Below the pieces are notes generated by a model, which made no database searches, was not told the DNA's origin, and saw nothing but the letters and a program-made list of their open reading frames with translations. Below, in pieces: positions 9,730-19,897 of a DNA stretch of 64,000 bases (position 1 is its first letter; the number at the start of each line of letters is the position of its first letter). The stretch lies in the NCBI GenBank assembly GCA_023143685.1, contig JAGLHE010000055.1:14984-78983 (forward strand). Direction: 5' to 3'. A program made the position numbers and the translations under genes. This DNA comes from Candidatus Omnitrophota bacterium (GTDB taxonomy: Bacteria > Omnitrophota > Gorgyraeia > Zapsychrales > JANLHA01).

Positions 9730-11376
9730 TCATTGTTTCATTTCCAAAATACATTTCGTAAATTCACCATCCGTTAAAGCATCGATCATAGCTGTCAACT
9801 CATCCACGCGCAGCTGCTTATCCATTGCCCAGCGCGGGTCGGGCATCAAAGAAACCGCTGCCAATAAATCCACCTGCACTCGACGGCGCTCAAAATACAA
9901 CCTTGTCACCTGGTCTAAAATGTCTTCCCTTAACTCCACCATCAATTTTGAACGTGAATCAATGCTCGTCTGATCCGTGCTCCAAACAATGTCAGCCAGA
10001 TCCCATGACAGAGAAACACCCCACCCAAAATTGCTGTAAAATGTTTTATCATCCGGCGCAAGATAATGTTGTCCGCCACTGGTGTAGCTCCCATAAATAC
10101 TGTCAGATACCGTTCTGTTCTGATCACCATCCATGCTTACGCTCAAATCCGGCAACCACGCCTTTTTCCTGGATAACTCCCGCCATTCCTTAATTTTACC
10201 GGGGTGGACTTCAGCATAATCGATAGCCATTTTGTGAACTTCCTGGACAGAAGGTTCAAATCCTAAAACTTGTTGATACGAGGCTTGAAATTCATGAAAC
10301 GAAGATTGATTCAAAGAATTTGTTTGCAGTGCTTGACGTGGCTGAGCGCAATATTTTTCTTGATCTTTAGATTCAATAAAATCATCCGAAAAGAATAGCC
10401 CCTTATCGGTTCCGGCATACAGATTTCCCTTACCATCAGCAGCTAACGATTCAACGTCCGTTGTCTCCATCCCTTGATACAACGCCTTCCACTGATCCCC
10501 ATCCAGGAAGAAAACGCCTTTTGACGTTGCCACAACAATATTACTGTTCACCATAACCAACCGGGTTCCAAATTCGACCGGCAAACCATCCACAACCATT
10601 CGCTTCCATGCACTCCCTTGACCCTGACGAACAAAAACCCCAAAATCACTCAATACATACACATTGCCTTGATTAATATAAATATCCCGGATTTTTTGTT
10701 CCAGCTCCAACGCCTGGATACCATAAAATTCATCTTCAGACACTTCTTCCGACACCTTTGATCCTAACGAAAACATTTTTTCAACCAAACCATTCACGCT
10801 GCCTATCATATATACAGCTGACGCGCTGGCAGCATAGAGGTTCTGATCATCGACAGCCAATTCATAAACCGCGGTGTTTCCCAATTCACCTTCTTGTTTT
10901 TGCCAAACCGATTCATTGACACCTTTTTGAAATATCCCCCGGTTGGTTGCGACATAGACCTGTTCCCGCATCCGCGTAATATCCCAACACTGCTTTGCCA
11001 CAGCATCGGCTGAAAAGTAAATAAGCTCCCACCTGCGACCACCATCAGGGCTATAAAAAGCACCTTCATCTGTAGCAACATAAATTTCATCCGAATTAGT
11101 TGCGGGAATATAAATAGAATGAATTTCTTTCGAACCCCCGGAAAGGCCGCTAACAGCAAAAAACTCCTTACCTTTATTATTAGATCGGTAGAGAGTTTTA
11201 TGAGTTCCGGCAAACACAATATTGGGGTCATCAGGCGCAACAGCCAGGCTTGTAATTTCACTTTCGTAAATTCCGGAAGAAATTTTTTGCCAACCCTGAT
11301 CCTGCATCGAAAACCCAGAAGCTGTTACAGCAGTCATCAGCAGCAAATACACTTGTAGAACCTTGGAATATTGCAT
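9730..11376 (-). CDS. Secreted repeat protein with BNR/Asp-box-like motifs (Ycf48-like beta-propeller region), unknown function
   Basis: Signal peptide; motifs YRSNNKGKEF, SPDGGRRWEL, ATNRG. Confidence 0.45.
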   Translation of the reverse strand: MQYSKVLQVYLLLMTAVTASGFSMQDQGWQKISSGIYESEITSLAVAPDDPNIVFAGTHKTLYRSNNKGKEFFAVSGLSGGSKEIHSIYIPATNSDEIYVATDEGAFYSPDGGRRWELIYFSADAVAKQCWDITRMREQVYVATNRGIFQKGVNESVWQKQEGELGNTAVYELAVDDQNLYAASASAVYMIGSVNGLVEKMFSLGSKVSEEVSEDEFYGIQALELEQKIRDIYINQGNVYVLSDFGVFVRQGQGSAWKRMVVDGLPVEFGTRLVMVNSNIVVATSKGVFFLDGDQWKALYQGMETTDVESLAADGKGNLYAGTDKGLFFSDDFIESKDQEKYCAQPRQALQTNSLNQSSFHEFQASYQQVLGFEPSVQEVHKMAIDYAEVHPGKIKEWRELSRKKAWLPDLSVSMDGDQNRTVSDSIYGSYTSGGQHYLAPDDKTFYSNFGWGVSLSWDLADIVWSTDQTSIDSRSKLMVELREDILDQVTRLYFERRRVQVDLLAAVSLMPDPRWAMDKQLRVDELTAMIDALTDGEFTKCILEMKQ

Positions 11377-11420
11377 ATTAAAAACTCTATGAATTGTAAG
11401 TTAAGGATGAAAGATATGAA

Positions 11421-11720
11421 CTACGAGTCCCGGATAACATCCCGGTAAATCTTCTCAATGCTCACCAGCGACAAGGCATGTTGCATAGACTCCTTGATCG
11501 CAGGATTTTCCTTTTCAACCGCTAGAAGATACTGCTCGCAATACTCGAGCATGGCCTCCAGGCCTAACTGTTGACGCATTGCAAACAGGATGCTTAAGCC
11601 TGTGTAAAACGTCACCATTCTATCTGGAGTATTAAGTGAGGTATTTGATTTGAAGCTTGGGGAGGAATTCTGGCTTAAATTGCCAAGGGGTTCATCAAAA
11701 TTACGTTCATTTAAATTCAT
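11421..11720 (-). CDS. Hypothetical protein
   Basis: 99-aa ORF with no recognisable motif. Confidence 0.3.
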   Translation of the reverse strand: MNLNERNFDEPLGNLSQNSSPSFKSNTSLNTPDRMVTFYTGLSILFAMRQQLGLEAMLEYCEQYLLAVEKENPAIKESMQHALSLVSIEKIYRDVIRDS

Positions 11721-11992
11721 TTATTTGATCATCCTTTCTAATTGCGATGATCAAGGATAGCACTATTTTGATGATTTGTCAATACACGTATTAAAATTTA
11801 ATCAAATATCTTAGCATGCCTAAATATTTGGCATAAAATAAGATACAAAATATTTTCGGATATAGATAGAAATTTTAAACATAAAAACAAAAAAATAATT
11901 CTCAGCCTTGTTGATATATCAAAACAGGAAACAAAAATTATCAGCGGCAGGCAAAGCACATACCGCTTTTTTAATACCATCTAATTCCCGGA

Positions 11993-12469
11993 TCAAGGTC
12001 TTTCAATCTTAAGAATTTTATATCGCAAAGAACCTGCCGGAACCTGGACTTCTAATTCTTCCCCGGCCTCATGCCCCATCAAGCCTTTTCCAATCGGCGA
12101 AAGAATCGAAAGTTTGTTCTCCTCATAATTCGCTTCTTCAGGGGAGACCATCATATACTTCATCTTTTCATCCGTATCGCAATCTTTCAAAGTCACAATA
12201 GCGCCAATAAAAACCTTATCCGCTGAGATATTTTGATCTTCAATCAATCGGACATTGGACAACTTCAACTCCAAGTTCGCAATCCTGGCTTCACAATGGC
12301 CTTGCTCCTCTTTCGCGGCATGATATTCTGCGTTTTCCTTAAGGTCACCCAAAAGCCTTGCCTCTCCAATAACCTTTGAGATGGCATGGCGCTTAGGGCC
12401 CTTGAGCTCTTCAAGTTCATCCCTTAATTTTTCATATCCTGCGCGTGTCAAGTAAACTTCTTGTGACAT
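11993..12469 (-). CDS. greA: Transcription elongation factor GreA
   Basis: Coiled-coil N-terminus (LTRAGYEKLRDELEELK), acidic EAKEEQ region, FKBP-like C-terminus; about 158 aa from the internal Met. Confidence 0.85.
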   Translation of the reverse strand: MSQEVYLTRAGYEKLRDELEELKGPKRHAISKVIGEARLLGDLKENAEYHAAKEEQGHCEARIANLELKLSNVRLIEDQNISADKVFIGAIVTLKDCDTDEKMKYMMVSPEEANYEENKLSILSPIGKGLMGHEAGEELEVQVPAGSLRYKILKIERP

Positions 12470-12670
12470 ACAAGTTCTCCAGTTTTTAATTAAAGGACAC
12501 GCACTAATCATTTACTTAAATACGTGCCCCCCAATTCTCGCCTCGTCGTAAATCTTGTTCATTCCCCCTGAATTCTTCGCAACCCTTCAGGGTTTGCTCC
12601 AGAATTCAAGAAGAGGGATAGTTCGCGCATATGAGCTATATCGGCTACACCTCTATAACTCATGCGTTCA

Positions 12671-12904
12671 CTACATATTCTCGACAGCTTTCATCATAAC
12701 AGGAATAACTTCCTGCGCTTCTCCCTTAGTCATGCGGCCTAATTTAGCAAAACGCCATTCTTCCGTCTGTCCTAAATTCTCACGAGAAACCTGCAATTTC
12801 TTCTCGGCACCATTATAAGAAAAAACCCCGACCGTAATACGGGTTTCACCGAAATCTTTAACTTCTTTGAACAATTCTTGATCTAACGACTTGTCGTAAG
12901 GCAT
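12671..12904 (-). CDS. Small hypothetical protein (possibly PC4/YdbC-like)
   Basis: 77 aa; weak resemblance only. Confidence 0.3.
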   Translation of the reverse strand: MPYDKSLDQELFKEVKDFGETRITVGVFSYNGAEKKLQVSRENLGQTEEWRFAKLGRMTKGEAQEVIPVMMKAVENM

Positions 12905-12953
12905 TGATCTTCCTCCTGGGTTATGATTTTGTTAAAACACTAATGAACACTGA

Positions 12954-13235
12954 TTATAAGCCTGGCATAACAGAAGCCATCTGCTTCGCTGCCATCTGCT
13001 GCGACTTCGTAATAGCTGCATTCGCACTTCTTAAAAGATCAGCTTCAAGCTTACCCTTATTCTCTAACGTCAACAAACTTTCATCTATCGCGATAGACCG
13101 AAAATTCTGTGACCCGGTTATCTCAACACGGATTCCATTACCCTCATCAACCTCGACTGTCATCCCATCAAGCTCGCGTTTAATCCTGTCCGCCTGTTTC
13201 TTCATTTCCATTAATTGTTTCATTTTGTCAAACAT
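12954..13235 (-). CDS. ybaB: YbaB/EbfC family nucleoid-associated protein
   Basis: MFDKMKQLMEMKKQ...GGMV-like core, C-terminal PGL; 93 aa. Confidence 0.8.
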   Translation of the reverse strand: MFDKMKQLMEMKKQADRIKRELDGMTVEVDEGNGIRVEITGSQNFRSIAIDESLLTLENKGKLEADLLRSANAAITKSQQMAAKQMASVMPGL

Positions 13236-13380
13236 CCTCTACTCCTTTTTAATTCGTGCTGCGTGCAACGGACTACAAAAACTTTTAACACTCTTAAACC
13301 TGAGGCCTACCCCTTATTGTTCTTGCCTATCATACTTAAAAGTAAAAAATTTGCAAGGGATTAATAACAGGCAAACATCC

Positions 13381-13677
13381 TCACCCCTTCAGCCGCAGGC
13401 CGATATCCCATAACGTTCGCACAAGAAAACCCTTCAAAAAAATCACCGCCAAAAAGGCGACAATCGGAGACAAATCAATTCCCATCGTCGGCATAAATCG
13501 TCGGATAGGCTGCAAAATCGGCTCTGTTGTCCTATGCAAAAATTGCACAATCGGATTAAAAGGATCAGGACTAACCCAACTGATCAAAGCCCGTGCTAAA
13601 ATAAGCCAATAAACAATCGACAAAACAACTTCCACAATTTGTGCTAATGCTAAAAAAAGATTTCCAAAAAGAAACAT
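13381..13677 (-). CDS. yggT: YggT family membrane protein
   Basis: Two-TM protein of about 98 aa with a YggT-like pattern (ILARALISW...DPFNP). Confidence 0.7.
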   Translation of the reverse strand: MFLFGNLFLALAQIVEVVLSIVYWLILARALISWVSPDPFNPIVQFLHRTTEPILQPIRRFMPTMGIDLSPIVAFLAVIFLKGFLVRTLWDIGLRLKG

Positions 13678-13702
13678 GCTTTCCCCTTCCTCCTGTTTAA
13701 TA

Positions 13703-13790
13703 AAATAAGCTCGCTTGATATTTTTGATTGCTCGCAGCTATTTTATGCCCGTGTAGGAATTTCTCATGGGGTCTCTGAAATTCCTATACT
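13703..13790. repeat. Dispersed repeat family, copy 2
   Basis: gctcgcttgata...ttgattgctcgcagctattttatgcccgtgtaggaatttc..gaaattcctatac. Confidence 0.8.
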
Positions 13791-14858
13791 AGAACTTACT
13801 TTTTCACCTTTTTCCTGCTCATTATTAATCGCGCGAATAGGATACGGAATAATAATCCCTTCTTGCGCGTATCGTTTATGCAGGCGTTTAATAAATTCAT
13901 GTTTGAGTAAATAATTATCCACAAACTCATGCGCGCGCAATATCACAGAAAAATTAATACTAAAATCATCAAATGTATGATATCGGATAAACGGATCAAA
14001 CTCCGCGACTGCTCCGGTTACATCTTGTAATGCTTGTTTCCCTACTTCCTTTGTCACGCGCTCAACATGCTCCAGATCTGAATCATAATGCACACCCACC
14101 TGCACGAGAACAGCCAACTCTTTTTCCGGATAATAAAAATTCGTAATACGCGAATTCACAAGCGCGTTATTCGACATAACAACCACATTGTTCGGCAACA
14201 TACGCAACCAGGTAGAACGCCACCCGATTTTATGAACGTACCCTTGCTCTCCAGATTCCAGCTGAATAAACTGTCCCACCTGAAACGGCTTATCAATAAT
14301 AATCTGAATACCGGCAAACAAATTCTCTAACGTCGGCTGCAATGCCAAGGCGATCGCCAAAGACCCGATCCCTAAAGAAGCAATAATCGGGGTAATCGAA
14401 ACTCCGAATGTATCTAACAAAATCAAAAGCCCAAGCCCGACAACAATAACACGAACAAACCCGCGCGCAACACCGCCTGTTGTTTTAAGGATCGCAACTT
14501 CCTCTTTGTACCTCTTCATCGTGCCATTTAAAAACTTATCAACAAACATAATAATCGCAATAATCGTCGCTGCCTTAAATCCAATCACAAAATATTTGGC
14601 TAATTGCGCATCCCGCATACTGGGCAACACCCACTCCACAATGAAACCACCACTGGCAAAAGCTAAAAGTGTAAGTGGAAAATCAGCAGCCTGAACAAAA
14701 ACATCATCCAGTCGCGTCTTTGTTTTTCCAGCTGCTTTCTTTACTGCCTTAAAGCATATCCTCTTAATTGCCAAAAGCACTGTCACCCAGGCAAAATAAG
14801 CTAAGGGGACAATCAGCCAGGAAGAAAATGAAAAACCTAAAAAATTAATATTTTGCAT
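13764..14858 (-). CDS. Mechanosensitive ion channel, MscS family
   Basis: Multi-TM N-terminus followed by a conserved MscS beta-domain (GDFIQLESGEQGYVHKIGWRST-like). Confidence 0.75.
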   Translation of the reverse strand: MQNINFLGFSFSSWLIVPLAYFAWVTVLLAIKRICFKAVKKAAGKTKTRLDDVFVQAADFPLTLLAFASGGFIVEWVLPSMRDAQLAKYFVIGFKAATIIAIIMFVDKFLNGTMKRYKEEVAILKTTGGVARGFVRVIVVGLGLLILLDTFGVSITPIIASLGIGSLAIALALQPTLENLFAGIQIIIDKPFQVGQFIQLESGEQGYVHKIGWRSTWLRMLPNNVVVMSNNALVNSRITNFYYPEKELAVLVQVGVHYDSDLEHVERVTKEVGKQALQDVTGAVAEFDPFIRYHTFDDFSINFSVILRAHEFVDNYLLKHEFIKRLHKRYAQEGIIIPYPIRAINNEQEKGEKVSSSIGISETP

Positions 14859-14861
14859 ACA

Positions 14862-15359
14862 TCAGCTCCTTTCTTTTAACCAAATCTTTTCCATCTCTGC
14901 GTTTATTTTTGCCTCAACGTTTTTGGAAACGTTCTTGTGTTCCTGCGAAAAACCCTTTTTGCCTGCTGCAGGAAAACCTTTTTCCCCTGCCTTGTCAAGA
15001 AATTCATACACACCCAAAACTTTCGCGCCTGATGCCCGCACATAATATTGAATCTCTCTATCTTCTGTCACAACAACAACCGACTTCTTATTAGGATGCC
15101 CATCAACCATACGCTTAATCTTTTCATCCGCGGTCTCATCCGACGTAAAAAAAACTTTCACAAATGATGCCTTCTGTGGGCCCCAAACATCTGACCGGCC
15201 ATCAAACACAACTATAACATCATTTTTTAAGCTTCCCTGCGGCCGATGTATTTCCAAGAAATGAATTAAACTTGATCGGCCATCCTCCAATGTACGGTCT
15301 GCCAACTCAGGGATACGCTTAATCACATTATACCCGTCAATAATAAATGAGACTGCCAT
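14862..15359 (-). CDS. NYN-domain protein, YacP-like (predicted RNase/RNA-binding)
   Basis: FIIDGYNVI N-terminus, VVFDG, VVTED motifs. Confidence 0.55.
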   Translation of the reverse strand: MAVSFIIDGYNVIKRIPELADRTLEDGRSSLIHFLEIHRPQGSLKNDVIVVFDGRSDVWGPQKASFVKVFFTSDETADEKIKRMVDGHPNKKSVVVVTEDREIQYYVRASGAKVLGVYEFLDKAGEKGFPAAGKKGFSQEHKNVSKNVEAKINAEMEKIWLKERS

Positions 15360-15360
15360 A

Positions 15361-16368
15361 CTACGTCCCTTGTTCAGCTTTGAGAGCTTTCTTAATCGCG
15401 GCTTCTTCTTCCGGGTTCTTTGTCAGCATATAAAAAGCACCACCCAAAAGGCCCACAAGCATCATAAACACAGAACTTCCAATAAACACAATACTGACCG
15501 CTACCCCGGAATCAACACCCACACGGACAAATAAAAACGCGGCAGCGGCTTCACGTACACCCAAGCCTCCGATCGATGGCACACACGAAGCCACGCAGAT
15601 CAATGGAGTAAAAATAATACAGTACAACAACGGCACATCTTGATGCAAGGCCTTAGCCGTCAAAAAAAACGTTGTTGCCATACATAGCTGACTAAAACAA
15701 GAAACCCCGATGGCTTTATAAATCGCATCTTTGCGCTCTCTTAAAAGAGCAATATCATAATGCATTTGCATTAAGGCCTTTTGAAATTTCGGGAAAATCT
15801 GAAAAATCTTGCAACAAAAACTATAAATCTTTTCATTGAATAAGACCACTCCGATTGACACAGACCCGCCGGCGATCATCACAATTCCAACGAGCAATGA
15901 TCTGTCTTCAATAACCTTTAACACGTATCCGACAAAAAATGAAATCACTGCCACAAGCGCGATCGCCGCAAACCCGCTTAGCCGGTCAAGAAGCGCGGAG
16001 GCTACAACCTTCGGCTTTTCAGAATGCGAAACCTGGCACAAACCAATTGTCTTAATAATGTCCCCACCGATCGCGCTCGGCAAAAAAAGGTTACCAAACA
16101 ACCCGACAAAAAAATACCGCGCAATACTTAAAAACGGGGCCCGCAACCCTAACGCATTGATAAAGATGTTCCACCGCATAAGCAAAATATAGTTAATGAC
16201 CATGAACACCAAAAACGCTAACGCAATAAAACCCCCATCCGCAGACTTTACCGCATTCCAGGTTTTATCCACATCAATTGTGTTATAAAGATAGACTAGC
16301 AGGGCACCGCTTAATCCAAACCGAAGCAAATTTGACAACAAATTCTTTGATTTCTGTTTTAAAGTCAC
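15361..16368 (-). CDS. UPF0104 / lysylphosphatidylglycerol-synthase-TM-like (flippase-like) membrane protein
   Basis: About 8 TM segments; GLRAPF-type motif, 335 aa. Confidence 0.45.
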   Translation of the reverse strand: MTLKQKSKNLLSNLLRFGLSGALLVYLYNTIDVDKTWNAVKSADGGFIALAFLVFMVINYILLMRWNIFINALGLRAPFLSIARYFFVGLFGNLFLPSAIGGDIIKTIGLCQVSHSEKPKVVASALLDRLSGFAAIALVAVISFFVGYVLKVIEDRSLLVGIVMIAGGSVSIGVVLFNEKIYSFCCKIFQIFPKFQKALMQMHYDIALLRERKDAIYKAIGVSCFSQLCMATTFFLTAKALHQDVPLLYCIIFTPLICVASCVPSIGGLGVREAAAAFLFVRVGVDSGVAVSIVFIGSSVFMMLVGLLGGAFYMLTKNPEEEAAIKKALKAEQGT

Positions 16369-17309
16369 GCAATATCCTTTATGTTTACAGCTCGATATCC
16401 TCGTTCGGCCAGATAAGAACTACGTACCAGCGGGCCGCTCTCAACATACTTAAAGCCAAAATCCTTACCCATTTGTGAATATTCCCGAAATTTCTCCGGC
16501 GCAATAAATTCCGATACCGGCACATGTCGGCCTTCTCTCGTCGGAGCAAGATATTGCCCTATCGTCAAAAGATCACAGCCGGCAGACAGCAGATCTTTCA
16601 TCGCCTCCCGAACCTCTTTTTCAGTCTCACCTAAACCAACCATCAAACTTGATTTTATAAAAGCAGCCGACATCTTACGCATATTACGCAACACGTCTAA
16701 AGACCGATCATAGCTAGCTTGTGGCCGTATCTTTAATGAAAGACGACGAACCGTTTCCAGATTATGCCCAATCACATCAGGCTCAGCAGTTCCGATTTTT
16801 TTTAAACTTTCTTCATTATTTTTAAAATCAGGGATCAATACCTCAATCTTTATTTGACGCGCATGCTTCTTAATTTGCCGAACCGTTTCAGCAAATTGCC
16901 CTGCCCCACCATCATCCAAATCATCACGTGTAACCGATGTCACAACAACATACCTTAAATTCAACGCCCTCACAGCCAAGGCAACCTCTCCGGGTTCCCT
17001 GATATCCAAAGATTCCGGACGCCCGGCCTTAACCGCGCAAAAACGGCACGCGCGCGTGCACAAATCTCCCAAAATCATAAATGTTGCTACACCCTGCCCC
17101 CAACACTGTCCCTGATTTGGACATCGCGCGCTCTCACACACCGTTGAAAGATTCCTGCTATGCAATAAATCTTTCATTTTTTTTATTTTTTGCGTATCAG
17201 GGAGAGGTTGACGGAACCAGGCAGGAAGCCTATGAGATAAACCACATATTTTTTCTTTACAGGTGGCTGTCATCGATCTTTTATATACTCTCTGCGGAAA
17301 GCTCTTCAA
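16365..17309 (-). CDS. lipA: Lipoyl synthase
   Basis: CPNQGQCW and radical-SAM CTRACRFCAV motifs. Confidence 0.9.
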   Translation of the reverse strand: MKSFPQRVYKRSMTATCKEKICGLSHRLPAWFRQPLPDTQKIKKMKDLLHSRNLSTVCESARCPNQGQCWGQGVATFMILGDLCTRACRFCAVKAGRPESLDIREPGEVALAVRALNLRYVVVTSVTRDDLDDGGAGQFAETVRQIKKHARQIKIEVLIPDFKNNEESLKKIGTAEPDVIGHNLETVRRLSLKIRPQASYDRSLDVLRNMRKMSAAFIKSSLMVGLGETEKEVREAMKDLLSAGCDLLTIGQYLAPTREGRHVPVSEFIAPEKFREYSQMGKDFGFKYVESGPLVRSSYLAERGYRAVNIKDIA

Positions 17310-17787
17310 GTTGTTTTCTTATCTGAAACTTTTGACGCCATCCGGCGTAATCCACAATCATTTTTCCTGACAAATGATCCATCTCATGCAAAAAAACCCG
17401 CGCCATTAACTCAGAATATTGTTTCTCAACCAACTGATTATTCTCATCAATATATTTAACGAGAATCTTTTCGGGACGTTTAATTTTCACCACAATCTCC
17501 GGAACGCTCAAACACCCCTCCTCCATCACCGCGCACCCACTTTTTTTAATAACTTTTGGATTAACAACAACAACCGGGCCTTCTCCGACATCCACCACAA
17601 AAATTTGCTTATTAACACCGACTTGAGGCGCGGCCAAACCAACGCCCTTTTCTTTATACATCGTTTCAATCATAGCTTCAAAAAGCATACGCTCTGCAAT
17701 ACCAGCTTCCTTAACAGCTTCTGCTTTCTGGCACAAACACGGATCTCCATATATGCGAATTTTTAATTTTTGGATAATTTTTTCCAT
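17281..17787 (-). CDS. def: Peptide deformylase
   Basis: GVGLAAPQVG, EGCLSVP, HEMDHL motifs. Confidence 0.9.
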   Translation of the reverse strand: MEKIIQKLKIRIYGDPCLCQKAEAVKEAGIAERMLFEAMIETMYKEKGVGLAAPQVGVNKQIFVVDVGEGPVVVVNPKVIKKSGCAVMEEGCLSVPEIVVKIKRPEKILVKYIDENNQLVEKQYSELMARVFLHEMDHLSGKMIVDYAGWRQKFQIRKQLEELSAESI

Positions 17788-17822
17788 ATCACATCTGGCC
17801 TGTTATCTCTATCAACAGCCTA

Positions 17823-18173
17823 CTAGTTCCGAACATGGTTATTCTCATCTAAATAAATAACCTTTATTTTATAATTCTTCGCATCATTCTGGTCCATCAA
17901 CGCATAACTTAAAACAATAACTTTATCCCCAACAACCCCGGAACGAGCCGCTGGGCCATTCAAACAAATCTGACCAGAGCCGGCCTTCCCCGCAATAGTA
18001 TAAGTCTCAAGGCGCGCCCCATTATTAAGGTTTAAAACTTCCACCTTCTCCCCTGGCAAAATATCTACAGATTTCAACAAATCCTCATCAATAGTAATGC
18101 TTCCTTCATAATATAATTCAGCTTCTGTCACTGTCGCATGAGCAATTTTAGCTTTACAAAACGTAATCCACAT
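17823..18173 (-). CDS. panD: Aspartate 1-decarboxylase
   Basis: [23 protein letters not shown] and the self-cleavage region around GS; 116 aa. Confidence 0.85.
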   Translation of the reverse strand: MWITFCKAKIAHATVTEAELYYEGSITIDEDLLKSVDILPGEKVEVLNLNNGARLETYTIAGKAGSGQICLNGPAARSGVVGDKVIVLSYALMDQNDAKNYKIKVIYLDENNHVRN

Positions 18174-18201
18174 CTCTTTAACTCCTGTTCAAAACACTTA
18201 T

Positions 18202-18522
18202 TTACAAATTCTCATTAATTTTGGCAATCAATTGATCTTTGCCCACTGCGCCAACTGTTTGATCAACAACTTCACCCTGTTTAATAATCAGAAGAGTCGG
18301 GATAGACATAACATTATATTTGGCTGCCAATTCCTGGGATTCATCAATATTAACTTTTGCCACTTTCACCTTTCCTGCCATTTCTTCTGCAATTTCATCA
18401 ATTACAGGGCTAATCATCTTACACGGGCCACACCATTCTGCCCAAAAATCAACCAAAACAGGAAGGTCTGACTTAACAACTTCTTCTTCAAAATTTTTAA
18501 TTGTAATTTGTATTACACTCAT
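18202..18522 (-). CDS. trxA: Thioredoxin
   Basis: WAEWCGPCK active site; 106 aa. Confidence 0.9.
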   Translation of the reverse strand: MSVIQITIKNFEEEVVKSDLPVLVDFWAEWCGPCKMISPVIDEIAEEMAGKVKVAKVNIDESQELAAKYNVMSIPTLLIIKQGEVVDQTVGAVGKDQLIAKINENL

Positions 18523-18740
18523 CTTTAAACCCCTTTCGGCAATAACTTTATTAATTGCAATTAGTTAGATTCCTAACAAACAATAAACTCCTAGATATCT
18601 TTATAAGAACAAATATTATATCCGGGCAAAGTCTTTCTGGCAAGAAAATTCTCTTCACATCGATGGTGTCGAGGGATATCCTCTAATTCTTTTTGTTTCT
18701 GCGGATAAAATATAAATCAACTTTATAAAACAAGTTCACC

Positions 18741-18816
18741 TGATAATTTTGTTTGCTCGCAACTATTTCATGGCCGTGTAGGAATTTCCTTTGGGGTCTT
18801 TGAAATCCCTATACTA
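18741..18816. repeat. Dispersed repeat family, copy 3
   Basis: ttgtttgctcgcaactatttcatggccgtgtaggaatttcc..gaaatccctatac. Confidence 0.75.
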
Positions 18817-18827
18817 CAAGAAAATTT

Positions 18828-19289
18828 TTATAAATTCAGCATCAACTCAAAATTATATTGCTCACCACTCAAAATAACACGGTCTTTCTGAATATCAATT
18901 ACCGTATATTTATCTATCCGTGTCCCAATCTGAACAATCCTGTTGTTGATAATCGCTGTGGGCGTTACACTATCCCAGGCAATACCCATAAGGTGCAGAT
19001 CTGAAGATGTTTCGTCCGCTGTTCTTCGCGGGGCAGGAAAAAATGGATCCCGAGTTACCTCTAAATCTTCTGTCTCTTTCTCGAGCTTTCCGTAAAACTT
19101 TCTATCCACCACGTCAGGCTCTGAACCTGCTTGTGCTGCCAAAGTCTCGGTCGTTATACCCACAGGACTCTTCGCCCGCCTGGTTTTCTTTGCTTTCTTC
19201 TGAATCGAAGGAATAAGAAAGACCGCAAGGATCAGCAGCAATATTCCTGAAATGGATAATTGAATAATTTCTTTCTTGTTTAAATTCAT
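18828..19289 (-). CDS. PilP-like type IV pilus assembly lipoprotein/periplasmic protein
   Basis: N-terminal TM, C-terminal beta-domain; lies last in the pilM-N-O-P order. Confidence 0.45.
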   Translation of the reverse strand: MNLNKKEIIQLSISGILLLILAVFLIPSIQKKAKKTRRAKSPVGITTETLAAQAGSEPDVVDRKFYGKLEKETEDLEVTRDPFFPAPRRTADETSSDLHLMGIAWDSVTPTAIINNRIVQIGTRIDKYTVIDIQKDRVILSGEQYNFELMLNL

Positions 19290-19858
19290 GACAATAAATA
19301 TACATTCAGTTCAAGATGAACATCTAAAGTTTTTCCTGGCGCAGAACTCTTCCTGATATTCAATTTTTCAACCGTCAAATAAACCGGCAAATCAATTTTC
19401 AAACGCTCCAGATACTTAATAATAGTCGAATAATTACTTTTCAGCTTCATGGAAACAAGAACCTTGTAGCAACGCCGCCCCTCCATCACCACCTGCTGAT
19501 TATTTTCATCAAGAAACAGTGTTTTACGTTGCGTCCTTGTATTTTGGATTTCTATCTTCAATTCCCGGGCCAAGTCATTCATCAACCGCAAAGCATCCTC
19601 TTCCCTTTTAGGAAACTTTCGCTCCAATCCATCATATTGATTCGCAATATCTTGCAATGCTTCTTTAATTGTTTTTTTCTGATCAATAACAGATTCAATT
19701 TGCTGAATCTGGCTTTCAATCCCTTTCATCTCATCTTTTAGCCGCCCAATAACACCCTGCCCGGGCAAATAAATAAAAAGCAGGACAATCAAAACAATGC
19801 CCACACCGATACTCATAAACATAAAAATCTTTTGTTGAGCTAAACTGATCTTTTGCAT
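19286..19858 (-). CDS. PilO-like type IV pilus assembly protein
   Basis: N-terminal TM, coiled coil; 190 aa; overlaps the neighbouring genes. Confidence 0.55.
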   Translation of the reverse strand: MQKISLAQQKIFMFMSIGVGIVLIVLLFIYLPGQGVIGRLKDEMKGIESQIQQIESVIDQKKTIKEALQDIANQYDGLERKFPKREEDALRLMNDLARELKIEIQNTRTQRKTLFLDENNQQVVMEGRRCYKVLVSMKLKSNYSTIIKYLERLKIDLPVYLTVEKLNIRKSSAPGKTLDVHLELNVYLLS

Positions 19859-19897
19859 TTTCTCTTACCTGTGCCCCGGCAACACTCACTCAGAACA

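Noticed and set aside
11798-11980. 60-aa ORF in the AT-rich greA upstream region
   Set aside because: It has low-complexity Leu/Ile/Phe composition in a promoter-like AT-rich intergenic stretch.
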